Assembly (NCBI GenBank): GCA_965261735.1
Contig: OZ253470.1
Coordinates: 4,448,001-4,512,000, forward strand
Direction: 5' to 3'
Length of the DNA stretch: 64,000 nt
Source of the DNA: Alphaproteobacteria bacterium
GTDB lineage: Bacteria; Pseudomonadota; Alphaproteobacteria; SHVV01
Positions 10,422-19,939 of this stretch are shown here, one piece after another. Below the pieces are notes generated by a model. The model saw only the letters and a list, made by a program, of their open reading frames with translations. It ran no database searches and had not been told where the DNA came from. Each line of letters starts with the position of its first letter. The stretch's first letter is position 1. The position numbers and the translations under genes are program-made.

Positions 10422-11531
10422 TCAGTCGCGCGCAGCGACAAGCCAGCCGAAAAGAGCTGAGACAACAACAACGCTGAGACCGGCGATCAGTAAACTCAGT
10501 CGGAGAGACTCGCCACTGCGGTTCAGCTCCTCCACATCGAGTTCGGCGACCACGGCCCATTTGACGCCTATCCAGTCGAACGGCTGGTATGCGGACAGAA
10601 CCGGAACACCTCGGTAGTCAACGACAATCCCGAATCCGGTTGCGCCGGCCAGAGCTCCCTCGACAGAGGGAGTGGCGACCTCCCGGGTGAGAACGGTTTC
10701 GTCCAGGAATCTTGATTGGGAGACCATCAGGCGATCACCGTTCACAAGGTAGGATTCGAAAGAGTCCCCCAGGCTGTGTGCACCTTGCATGATGCTGTTG
10801 AACGGATCCAACCGCAGTTGCAGGATGAGCGCACCCGCAAAGCGTCCGTCGTGGTGAAGGGGAGTCCCGATGAACGCCGCCGGGATATTCTTGCTGGGGG
10901 CGTAGCGGGCGAAGCCGGTGCCGACGACGCTTCCCGGCGGGCTCTCGACGGCCTCCTGGTAGGCGTCGGCGATGGGCGCTCCATTGAGCGTTCCGGTCAG
11001 CAGGTTTGTGCCAAGGTCGTCTTCCTTGAATACCGTGTAGACGATATTCCCGTCGGGATCGACCAGGAAGAGATCGTAGTAGTCCCGCGCGCTGACCAGG
11101 CCGCTGAGCCAAGCGTGATAGACACTGTGGAGGTCGCTGTACTCGGAGCCGTCATCCGCTTTGAGGAGCTTGTGCCGGGAAGTTACTCCGTGGGGGTTCT
11201 CCTCGATGTACACACGCTGGAGCTCCGTCATCGGATCGGGGCCGAGATCATGAAAAGCACGCGAGAAGTCTCCCACGGCTGCTTGTACCAGGGACAGGGA
11301 TCCGACGATCTTCAGATCGTTCTCCACCGACCTGGCGTAGCTTCCCAATTCCTGCACGCGTGACTGCAAGGAGGTTTCGAGCACAGCACGGAAGTGGCCG
11401 CGCAAATCATCGTCGAAAATCCGGATCGCCAGAGCAGATGCAAGGGCGAAGGCGACCGCGGAGACGGCGGCCAGCGTGATCGACAACCTCAATCGGTTGG
11501 ATCCAGGCCGCCTGGCCACCGGTTCAGTCAT
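10422..11531 (-). CDS. Membrane-anchored Cache-domain sensor without a cytoplasmic output domain
   Basis: TM, then YYDLFLVDPDGNIVYTVFKEDD, YAPS..PAAF, DYRGVPVLSAY, then TM and stop. Confidence 0.8.
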   Translation of the reverse strand: MTEPVARRPGSNRLRLSITLAAVSAVAFALASALAIRIFDDDLRGHFRAVLETSLQSRVQELGSYARSVENDLKIVGSLSLVQAAVGDFSRAFHDLGPDPMTELQRVYIEENPHGVTSRHKLLKADDGSEYSDLHSVYHAWLSGLVSARDYYDLFLVDPDGNIVYTVFKEDDLGTNLLTGTLNGAPIADAYQEAVESPPGSVVGTGFARYAPSKNIPAAFIGTPLHHDGRFAGALILQLRLDPFNSIMQGAHSLGDSFESYLVNGDRLMVSQSRFLDETVLTREVATPSVEGALAGATGFGIVVDYRGVPVLSAYQPFDWIGVKWAVVAELDVEELNRSGESLRLSLLIAGLSVVVVSALFGWLVAARD

Positions 11532-13693
11532 TTTGTCCGCGCCTCGTAGACGCCATCCCAGTCATCCGGCGGCGGCGACCGATCAAAATCAACCGCGCGT
11601 GCGCGAAAGATGTGGGCCGCGGCGTCATCCGGGTAATCCCGGACGTGGCGGTCGAACTCGGCGATCGCCTCCGTCCACCGACGTTCGGTGTAAGCGTCGT
11701 AGCATATGCCCCAGCTTTGCATATGTGCTCGGGCGCCGGCGTGATCTCGCGCGTATTGACCGGGCGCGAGGAGTTCGAATACGGGCACCGGCCGGGTAGT
11801 ACCCTTGGGCAAGACCACGTCCACGGCGCGAACGGGAAAATCCGTCTCCAGGGCATCAACCGCAGACTCGGAGAGGAGAATTCGCGTTCCGAGCTGCTTG
11901 TTGAGACCCTCGAGCCGAGCCGCAAGGTTCACGGACTCGCCAAGAGCGGTGTAGTTGAGCCGCTCATCGGAGCCGACGTTGCCGACCACGGCATCGCCCT
12001 TGTGAAGACCAAAGCGTGTATGGAATGGGGGCTTTCCCTCCGCGACCCGCCGAGTATTGAGATCGTCGATCGCGGCTGCAGTATCGAGCACCCCCCGGCA
12101 CGCCAAATCGACGTGCCCGTCCTGACGCACCGGCGCGTTCCAGATGGCCATGATCGCGTCGCCCATGTACTTGTCGATCGTTGCCCCGTTCCGAATCAAT
12201 CTCCGGCTCGCCACGGCGAAGTACTCCGACACCTCGCGCATCAGCACCGTAGGCTCCATGCTCTCGGAAATCGACGTGAAGTCGGCGATGTCGGTGAACA
12301 GCAGCGTCACCTCGCAACGATCGCCACCAACATCCGCCGTCACGTCGCCAGCCACCAGGCGTCTGACCAACTGTGCCGGGACGTATCGCGCGAAATCTCT
12401 GAGCGAGCGCCTCAGGGTCTGAACCGCCTGTGACAGTTGATCAACCTCGACTATCCGGGACCTCACGGGCGCACGTTCGTCCAGATCAAAGTTGCGCATC
12501 TGGTACGCCTCGCCGGTGAGCGTCCGGATAGGTCTCGAAATCGCACCGGCGACGATCCAGGCAATCAGGAGACCGATGCCAACACCGAACGCGGCGATCC
12601 AGAGGCTGAGGCGCATTCGCTCCGAGACCTCCGCGAACACCTCGTCGGAAGGCGCGACGATGCCCATGGTCGCGCTGCGGTCCCCTCCCAGGTCAAGTGG
12701 CGAGATCCAGACGACCCACTTCTTCCCATCCGCCTCCACCTCGTGCACACCTTCGCGCTGTCCCGAAGCGTTGAGGCGACTGAGGGCTCGATAAGGGGCA
12801 AATTCGGTGCTGGCAAGCGTTTGCTGGATGACAAGTGGGCGCTCGTCATGGCGAACTACCTGCAGCACGTGATCGATGTCGGATGCCGCGAGGACGGATG
12901 TCTTCGCATCGAAAACCACCGTGTGCGAGTTCGCAGTTGCACGCTTTGCGCCGAGCATCTGGGACAAGGTCCGAAGGGTCAGGTCGCCGCCCACGACGCC
13001 GTGCCCGTCCCGTGTACGGGCCGCAACCGTGATACCGATGTCATTGGACTCGAAGTAGACGTAGGGCGGGGTCTGAACGGTCCGGTCGGCAACCATCGCC
13101 CCGTGGAACCACGGGCGGGTGCGCGGATCGTAACCGTTGTGCTGCCGATGATCCGTCGAAACGATCCCGTAGTCGCCGTCCAGCATGATCACCGTTTGAT
13201 CAAACTCGCTCGGGCTCGGGCGCTGGATTATCCAGGACCGATAGGCTGGCCCCGCCCCCGGCGTCGCAACGGCGAGGTTGAACACAATGGCGAAGTTCCC
13301 TTGCCTATCCCCGTAATAGAGAGCGTCAAGCCCGTCGGTCTCGGATAATCGCTGGGCAAATAGACGCACGGTGTCTATCGAAAAGATGCCATCCGCCGGT
13401 AGCAACGAAACGGTGGCAACAGTAGCTTCAACCGCTGTCTCGACGGGACCCCGCCGCGCTTGAAGCTCAATTCGAACGATTTCGCCCAGGTTCTGAAACG
13501 ATTCCTTGGCGTACGCGAGAGCGGCGCGACGTCCAGCAATTTGGTCGTTCGCCACTATCATACCCGCTACCAAAACCAGAAGCACAGAAACGATGCTCGC
13601 AATACTTACGTGAAGCGGGATAAGCGTTCTTAGGAACGCGCCGATATCGGGGCGAAGGCGGAGGCCCAACATGGTTCGATCAGTGTTATCCAA
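11528..13693 (-). CDS. Class III adenylate/guanylate cyclase with Cache and HAMP domains
   Basis: YDPRTRPWF, HAMP, LLFTDIADFT, DKYMGDAIMA, GNVGS..RLNYTALGESVNLAARLE. Confidence 0.93.
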   Translation of the reverse strand: MDNTDRTMLGLRLRPDIGAFLRTLIPLHVSIASIVSVLLVLVAGMIVANDQIAGRRAALAYAKESFQNLGEIVRIELQARRGPVETAVEATVATVSLLPADGIFSIDTVRLFAQRLSETDGLDALYYGDRQGNFAIVFNLAVATPGAGPAYRSWIIQRPSPSEFDQTVIMLDGDYGIVSTDHRQHNGYDPRTRPWFHGAMVADRTVQTPPYVYFESNDIGITVAARTRDGHGVVGGDLTLRTLSQMLGAKRATANSHTVVFDAKTSVLAASDIDHVLQVVRHDERPLVIQQTLASTEFAPYRALSRLNASGQREGVHEVEADGKKWVVWISPLDLGGDRSATMGIVAPSDEVFAEVSERMRLSLWIAAFGVGIGLLIAWIVAGAISRPIRTLTGEAYQMRNFDLDERAPVRSRIVEVDQLSQAVQTLRRSLRDFARYVPAQLVRRLVAGDVTADVGGDRCEVTLLFTDIADFTSISESMEPTVLMREVSEYFAVASRRLIRNGATIDKYMGDAIMAIWNAPVRQDGHVDLACRGVLDTAAAIDDLNTRRVAEGKPPFHTRFGLHKGDAVVGNVGSDERLNYTALGESVNLAARLEGLNKQLGTRILLSESAVDALETDFPVRAVDVVLPKGTTRPVPVFELLAPGQYARDHAGARAHMQSWGICYDAYTERRWTEAIAEFDRHVRDYPDDAAAHIFRARAVDFDRSPPPDDWDGVYEARTK

Positions 13694-13879
13694 CCGGAGC
13701 TACGTAAAATGCATGCCCCGATTCGTAAATCACCGCAAGCGCTCTGGCGAGAGAACGTAGTAACCCAGTGCCACTGTCGCGGCACGTCATTGCGTCATCA
13801 CTTTTGCTGTGGACCGAGAGGTCATCCACAATCCTCGCGCATGTAACTCGCTAGGTTGTTCGGCATCAATCGGCAGCTC

Positions 13880-14078
13880 TGCTCATCGCAGCACGGTATG
13901 ACCGAAGCCGGTCAGTGACGATAGAAGCCGGCCGGCCGTAGCGTTTCATCGTAGACTTCAGTAACTTCAGCGCGGCTCTTCGATTCCGCCATTTCGTTGC
14001 AAAAGCCTCGAGCACTTCGCCTTCGTGGTCAACGGCCCGCCACAAAACAAATAGTACGTCTTTCCGTTGATCCGCACT
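13880..14078 (-). pseudogene. IS6-family transposase remnant
   Basis: VRINGKTYYL..WRAVDHEGEVLE..MKRYGRPASIVTDRLRSY across frameshifts. Confidence 0.75.
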
Positions 14079-14411
14079 TTCGGACCATGTAGGTGTTGGA
14101 CTCCAGGGTCCGGGCTTGACGTCCGAGGAACTTGTCCGCGAGTTCGGTCATCGGGTACCCCGGCGTCCTGGGGCCGTTGCCCCTCTTCACCGGCTCGACG
14201 TACGTTCACGATTCGACCTGCTCCACTATCAGGTCGAGCCGCAGGATACGGGTGTCCTCGCCACCTGCCAGCTCAGCGACCGCTCACGCCCTCACGCCGC
14301 CCGCGTCGGCGTCTCCACCCCGGATGCTCCCGCCAGCCGCCGCCTCATGACGGCGACCTGGGCACATCCCCTATGGGATCGCGTGACACGAGCGTAGTGG
14401 ATACGCTCCCG

Positions 14412-15464
14412 CTAAAACCTGAAGGTGAAGATCCTGAGACCCTGTACGGGTCTGCTGAAGCCCGGGTCCTTGTACCGCTCGGGCACGGTCGACCAGTTTT
14501 CGTAGACGTCGCCGCCGAAGTAGAAGCGCCGCGTCCTGTTGGACTCGGTGGTCGAGCTGCCCGTCACGAAGAGCTCATAGGAATGCTCCGGCGGGCGCGG
14601 GCCGGTTCGATCAACGTGAGGCACGTACTCCTTGCGACCGTCGCCGTCGAGGTCCACTCGAATCCATTCGAGTTGGAGCAGGCGATGGTAACTGCGGTCG
14701 GCGATCATGCCGCGCAGCTCCGCGTTGAACCGCGGGATGATCCACCAGGCGTCCGGATGCGACCGGCGGACGGCGAGGTGAAGGGAGCGTGTAAGCAGCG
14801 GCGTCGAGCCGAACGCCAGTCTCGTTCGAGCTGCTTCTGCGTGATTGCGAATGAGGTATTGGATGACAAGCTCGTCCATCAGCGTGTAGTCCACCTCACC
14901 GTTGAGGAGTCTTGCGACGCTGTCCTCTTCGCTGTTCGAGCCGACGAAGATCGGACCGCCCGTTGTCTCGACTGCCTCGCCATACGCGTATCCGGCGACC
15001 AGGGCGATCCGCTTGCCGGCGAGGTCGGCCAGCGAGGTCGCGGACACGTCGCCGCCTTGCCGCCCGACGAGGATCAACCGGTTCTCGAGATACGGCTGCG
15101 AGTAAATCAGCGCGCGTTCGCGTTCCGTATCCTTCCAGAGGGCCGCGCTTCCGTCGAATTCGCCGCTCAGCAGTGAGGGCGTCAATCTGGCCTCATCCAC
15201 GATGACCGTTTCGGCGAAGATCCCGATGCGTTCGAGAGCCTCTTCGACCAGATCGAGGGCGAACCGCGGCTGTCCTGGCGCGTTGGTGAACGGCGACCAC
15301 GCCGTCGACACGAGCTGCAACTGCCGATCCTGCGCTGTCGCCATGACCGGAATTGCGATGATCAGGAGTAGCAGCGCTCCCGTCGCCCACCGAGCCCAAC
15401 GAAGAAGCCGTGGCTGGCGCATGGGTCGTGAACTGTCTAGTTTCCGTCCGTCGTTCGCTGGCAC
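14412..15464 (-). CDS. Family 3 (amino-acid-type) solute-binding protein with C-terminal extension
   Basis: Signal peptide; WSPF, GFALDLV-like, YSQPY, LADLAGKRIALVAGYAY, LLNGEVDY. Confidence 0.8.
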   Translation of the reverse strand: MPANDGRKLDSSRPMRQPRLLRWARWATGALLLLIIAIPVMATAQDRQLQLVSTAWSPFTNAPGQPRFALDLVEEALERIGIFAETVIVDEARLTPSLLSGEFDGSAALWKDTERERALIYSQPYLENRLILVGRQGGDVSATSLADLAGKRIALVAGYAYGEAVETTGGPIFVGSNSEEDSVARLLNGEVDYTLMDELVIQYLIRNHAEAARTRLAFGSTPLLTRSLHLAVRRSHPDAWWIIPRFNAELRGMIADRSYHRLLQLEWIRVDLDGDGRKEYVPHVDRTGPRPPEHSYELFVTGSSTTESNRTRRFYFGGDVYENWSTVPERYKDPGFSRPVQGLRIFTFRF

Positions 15465-15637
15465 GTCGTTTCTCCTTTGCCCATCCCATAATTATTCGAC
15501 AGGCAACTCTTGGGCACCATTCTCCTGACAAATTGCAGTCGAGTGCATCAGGGTACGTCGGGCCGCGGCCGCGGCCATCGGGTCATGACGCTTCCCGCCT
15601 CCGCGTGAGCGCGCGCAGGTTGCATCGCGGAAGCGCT

Positions 15638-16906
15638 TCAGGCCCTGACACAGCGGATGGGAAGGGAATCGAGGCCACGTAGCACGATGCTGTTGCGGAA
15701 GCGCGGGTTCTCGTCGAGCAGGCTGATTTGGGAGAAACGCTCGAGCAGCATCTCAAGGACGATGCGCCCTTCCAGGTGTGCGAGCGGAGCGCCGAGGCAG
15801 TGATGGATCCCGCGCCCGAACGACAGGTGAGAGCGGTCGCCCCGGCCGACATCGAGCCGGTCGGGGTCGTCGAACACGTCCGGGTCCCGGTTGGCCGCGC
15901 CGAGAAGGACGACGATGTTGTCGCGTCGCCGCACGGCAAAGCCGTTCACCTCGCAGTCCTCGAGCACGCGCCGGAAATCGGTCTGCACCGGCGAATCGAA
16001 GCGCAGTAGCTCGTCCACCGCCGCCGGGATCAGGCTCGGATCGTCTCTCAACCGCTGCAGCTGATCCGGATGGCGCAGCAGGGCCAGGATGCCGTTGCCG
16101 ATCAGGTTGGTGGTGGTCTCGTTGCCGGCAATGAGCAGCAGGCGCAGCATGTTCAGCATCTCGCGCTCGGTCAGCCGGTCGCCTTCCTCTTCCGCCTGCG
16201 CAAGCGCGCTCACGATGTCGTCCTGGGGCGCCGCCCGCCGTTCCTGGATAATCGGCCGGAAGTAGGCGTCGAGCGCCTTCGCGGCGGCATCGGAGGCCGC
16301 GCGTTCCCGGGCGTCGATCACCGGCTCCAGCGTGCGTGCGCGCTGGTCGGACCAGATCTTGAATTGCGCTCTGTCTTTCGGCGGCACGCCCAGCATCTCG
16401 GCAATCACGATCACGGGCAGCGGCTGGGCCACCGCCTGCATCAGGTCGAAGCCGGCCGGGTCGTCGATCTCGTCCAGCAGGACCCCGAGCAGGTTGCGAA
16501 TGTGGGGCTCGAGCGCGTTCACCGCCTTGGGCGTAAAGGCCTTGTTGACGAGCGCCCTGAGCCGCTTGTGGTCCGGCGGATCGAGAAACAGCATGGTGAA
16601 CTCGTCGTCCGGCGGCAGGTTGGCGCGCTGCCGACGATTGAGCTCGCCCTTGCGGGGGTCGTTGCCGAAGTGCCGATGGTCGCGCAGGATCGTGTCGATG
16701 TCCACATGCCGGGTAAACAGCCAGGCATTCATCAACCGGCTCCGGTGCACCGGGTCCCTTTCCCGCAGGACCGCGTAGACTGGATAGGGGTCTTGGGCGG
16801 TCTGCCTCGACAGCGGGTTGTAAGCGACGCCGCTCTGCCAGCGTTCCCGCGCGAGCACCGCACCCACGACGATGGACCGTATCGCCTGCTGCATCGAGAA
16901 CATCAC
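15638..16906 (-). CDS. Cytochrome P450
   Basis: DPPDHKRLR, AGNETT, ELLR, heme motif FGRGIHHCLG. Confidence 0.96.
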   Translation of the reverse strand: MMFSMQQAIRSIVVGAVLARERWQSGVAYNPLSRQTAQDPYPVYAVLRERDPVHRSRLMNAWLFTRHVDIDTILRDHRHFGNDPRKGELNRRQRANLPPDDEFTMLFLDPPDHKRLRALVNKAFTPKAVNALEPHIRNLLGVLLDEIDDPAGFDLMQAVAQPLPVIVIAEMLGVPPKDRAQFKIWSDQRARTLEPVIDARERAASDAAAKALDAYFRPIIQERRAAPQDDIVSALAQAEEEGDRLTEREMLNMLRLLLIAGNETTTNLIGNGILALLRHPDQLQRLRDDPSLIPAAVDELLRFDSPVQTDFRRVLEDCEVNGFAVRRRDNIVVLLGAANRDPDVFDDPDRLDVGRGDRSHLSFGRGIHHCLGAPLAHLEGRIVLEMLLERFSQISLLDENPRFRNSIVLRGLDSLPIRCVRA

Positions 16907-17109
16907 CGCCTCCTCGCTGCCGCGCGTCTCGCGGCGCCGTCAGGCACACGAGAGAATAGCGCGACAACCAGAGCACGCGCCAACCGAGAACGCTTTTCCA
17001 CGGCGCCAGCCAGCGAAGCGCCGAACAAAACGTCCTGTCTGAAGAGCCGCCGTGCCACGGCGTCGGCGCATTCGCCCTCCGCCGTTGCTGCCTCGGGCAC
17101 CTCTTGGGC

Positions 17110-18060
17110 GCGCATTCCGACGAAAGCAGCCACTGATTCCGATCCAAAACGGCCACTTTCCCGGATATCTCACGAGGCCATTTTGTATCGCTGGATTTGC
17201 GATCTACTGGGCGGGTCTGAGTGGCGGTGTGTCGATGTTGTGTTTTCTGTTGGTCCAAAGTGGGCAGGGCCGCGTAGCTGGGTTCGGAAAGGGATTGGAA
17301 GCTTCGCCTGCTGGGACGTCTTGGCCTTTTTCGGTTGTCGCAGAGGGGTTGGGACTATGGGGGCGCCAGAGCGGCGTGAGCCTTGAAGAACAGGGTTTTG
17401 CCGGGACAGGCGTCGGGCAGGGAGAGCTTGATGTCATTTTCGTTCGGCGTGGTCAACGTCGTTGGCGTTGAAGTTCTCGGCGATGGTCTTTCGCATGGAG
17501 GGCCCGTCGAAGTTGATTCTGTGGGAGTTGTGGACGATACGGTCGAGGATGGCGTCGGCGTAATCGACGAACAGCTTGTCGCCGGCGACATGGGTCTGGC
17601 GCATGGTCGGGGCGAGCCGGCCGCGCCAATCCCGGTAGAGATCGCAGAACCGGCTGTAGCCGTAACCGTCGCGATGAACGGCGCGGTATTCCTCCCACAA
17701 GAGCGACAGGGTCACGCCGGGCCGCTTCAACTCGCGATGCATCAGCGGCCAGTCGGGAAGCGGCCGGCGATCGGGCGAAACCGCCGGCAGCGGCGCGAAC
17801 AGCAGCCGTTCCAGCGCCTCGTCCGAAAGCCCCTCGGGCAGCGGCCAAGCCAGACCCGCGCGGCGCGCCCGGCGGAGATAATCGCCGACCGCCTGGCGGC
17901 CGATGTTCAAACCGACGGCAATCCGCCGCTTCGACAATCCGCCGGCATGCAGCCGTAGAACGTCGTGTATTTTACGCATGGGCAATCTCTCCCTGGGCAT
18001 CCTCGCTCCTGGAAGCCGGTCTCTCGTAGTCGGCCAGCTGCTTGCGAAGCGACGGCACCG
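17110..18060 (-). mobile_element. Internally deleted IS21-family element
   Basis: End repeats ATTCCGACGAAAGCAGCCACT / ATTCCGATCCAAAACGGCCACT at ~17114-17157; IstA-IstB fusion; other end uncertain. Confidence 0.8.
17434..18000 (-). pseudogene. IstA N-terminus fused in frame to IstB C-terminus
   Basis: MPRERLPMRKIHDVLRL...HVAGDKLFVDY followed by ADAILDRIVHNSHRINFDGPSMRK. Confidence 0.88.
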
Positions 18061-18664
18061 GAGAACCGCCGCATACGCCCAGTTGGCGACGGGCACTCGT
18101 CGAGGCGGTGGAAGGGGTCGGCAAGTTCACTGCGAAGGCTATGATCGTCGGCTCCAGCGATCGTCCATCGCGCCGCCTTGACATCAACACTGACAGCCTG
18201 TTCCTCGCGAGGCCGAATGGGGAATGCGGGGGAGGCTAGGGAGGTTCTGATGCAACCGATTTCGGGGCCGCGGCCCAAGTCCTGGTTAATTGTGTTGAGC
18301 CTGATGACCGTCCCACTGTTCGCGATGGTCTGCGCTTCCGATGCGCGCGCCGACACGCCAGTAGAGGTCGAGCAGGAAGTCGCCGAGGAAGCGGAGGTCG
18401 AGGTCGGGCCATCGGCCAGTGCTACGACCACACCGCTTATCCCCCGCAAGCTCCTGTTCGGCAACCCGGACAAGATAAACGTTCAGATCAGCCCGGACGG
18501 GCGTTTCCTGAGCTACGCCGCCCCGGTGGACGGGGTGCTCAACGTCTGGGTGGGGCCGGTGGACGACCCGGCGGCGGCCCGGCCCGTCACCCGGGACACG
18601 TTCGGGGGAATCGGCAACTACTTCTGGGCCGACGCCAGCGATCACATCGTGTGTGGACGCCCCC

Positions 18665-18916
18665 GTTGATGCAAGCAGTTTTTGGTCGGCTCGGTGCATG
18701 CGGTCAGGTGCTGTCGTGTGTCCGGCCTCTCTATGCGGCAGATGACACGCCGCGGGCCCGTATGGAGATACGCGGATTGGGTCCAAATCGGTTACGCGAG
18801 CTTGAAAGCTCTCCGTTCGGATGCTGGTTTTCCCAACCCGGTCTCGTTGACCTTTGCCCTTACCTGTCCTCCGTCGTGCCCACATCCCCGACGGCTTCCC
18901 GCACTTCGCCGTTCTC
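18665..18916 (-). ncRNA. Putative bridge/seek RNA
   Basis: ATCGGTTAC (18787-18795) equals the target junction; TCGTGTGT (18714-18721) equals the donor junction; both lie in stem-enclosed loops. Confidence 0.75.
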
Positions 18917-19939
18917 TCAGGCGGTGGCGGGAGCCCGGTAGCTCTCCTTCTTCGTCAGTAGCGCCCAGACGATGCGCGCCATCCTGTTGGCCAGCGCCAC
19001 CGCGACGAGCATCCTCGGCTTGCGCGCCAGCATCCCGGCCAGCCAGGGGTCCGTCGTCACGCCGCGCCGAACCGCCCAGCGGACCACAGTCATCGCGCCT
19101 GTGATCAGCAGCCGTCTCAGATCGCGCTGGCCCATCTTCGATATCTTGCCCAGCTTCGGCTTGCCGCCGGTCGTGTGCTGGCGCGGCACGAGGCCGAGCC
19201 AAGCGGAGAAGTCGCGGCCGCGCCGGAAACTCTCCATCGGCGGTGCGAAGGCCTGGATTGCCATCGCGCTGATCGGCCCGATCCCCGGCACGCTCATCAG
19301 GCGCCTCGCCTCCTCATCCTGCCGTGCTCTCACGTGGACCTCCCTCTCCAGGCCCGCAATCTTCGCATCGAGGCCGGCGATCTGCTCAAGCAGAAGGCCG
19401 GCCAGCTCGCGGACCGCTTCCGGCAACCTCGAAGCCGGTCCCTCAAGCGCCGAGGCCAGCCGGCCGACATGAGCCGGCCCCTGCGGGGCAATGACACCGA
19501 ACTCCGCTAGATGGCCGCGCAGCGCATTAATCGTCTGGGTGCGCTGGCGCACCAGAAGATCGCGCGTCCGGAACAGCATGCCCCGAGCCTGCTGTTCCTC
19601 CGTCTTCACAGCCACAAAGCGCATGGTCGGCCGCGACGACGCCTCGCAGATCGCCTCCGCATCCGACGCGTCGTTCTTTTGCCGCTTGACGTACGCTTTG
19701 ACGTAGATCGGTGGGACCAGTCGCACCGCATGGCCGAGACTGCCGATCTCCCGGCCCCAATGGTGCGCGCCGCCGCACGCCTCCATCGCCACCGTGCAGC
19801 GTGGCTGCGCAGCCACAAAGTCCAACAGCTTCGCCCGGCTCAGCTTCTTGCGGAACGCAACCGACCCATCCGCCCGCGCACCGTGCAGCTGAAAGCTGTT
19901 CTTCGCCAGATCGATCCCGATCATGTGAACCTGTTCCAT
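18917..19939 (-). CDS. IS110-family DEDD recombinase/transposase
   Basis: IGIDLAK, AMEAC, KNDASDA, WLGLVPRQHTTGGK. Confidence 0.95.
   Translation of the reverse strand: MEQVHMIGIDLAKNSFQLHGARADGSVAFRKKLSRAKLLDFVAAQPRCTVAMEACGGAHHWGREIGSLGHAVRLVPPIYVKAYVKRQKNDASDAEAICEASSRPTMRFVAVKTEEQQARGMLFRTRDLLVRQRTQTINALRGHLAEFGVIAPQGPAHVGRLASALEGPASRLPEAVRELAGLLLEQIAGLDAKIAGLEREVHVRARQDEEARRLMSVPGIGPISAMAIQAFAPPMESFRRGRDFSAWLGLVPRQHTTGGKPKLGKISKMGQRDLRRLLITGAMTVVRWAVRRGVTTDPWLAGMLARKPRMLVAVALANRMARIVWALLTKKESYRAPATA

Noticed and set aside
11528-13693. Cyclase as a Pycsar/CBASS defence enzyme
   Set aside because: TM-Cache-HAMP-class III architecture is a standard signalling cyclase with no adjacent effector
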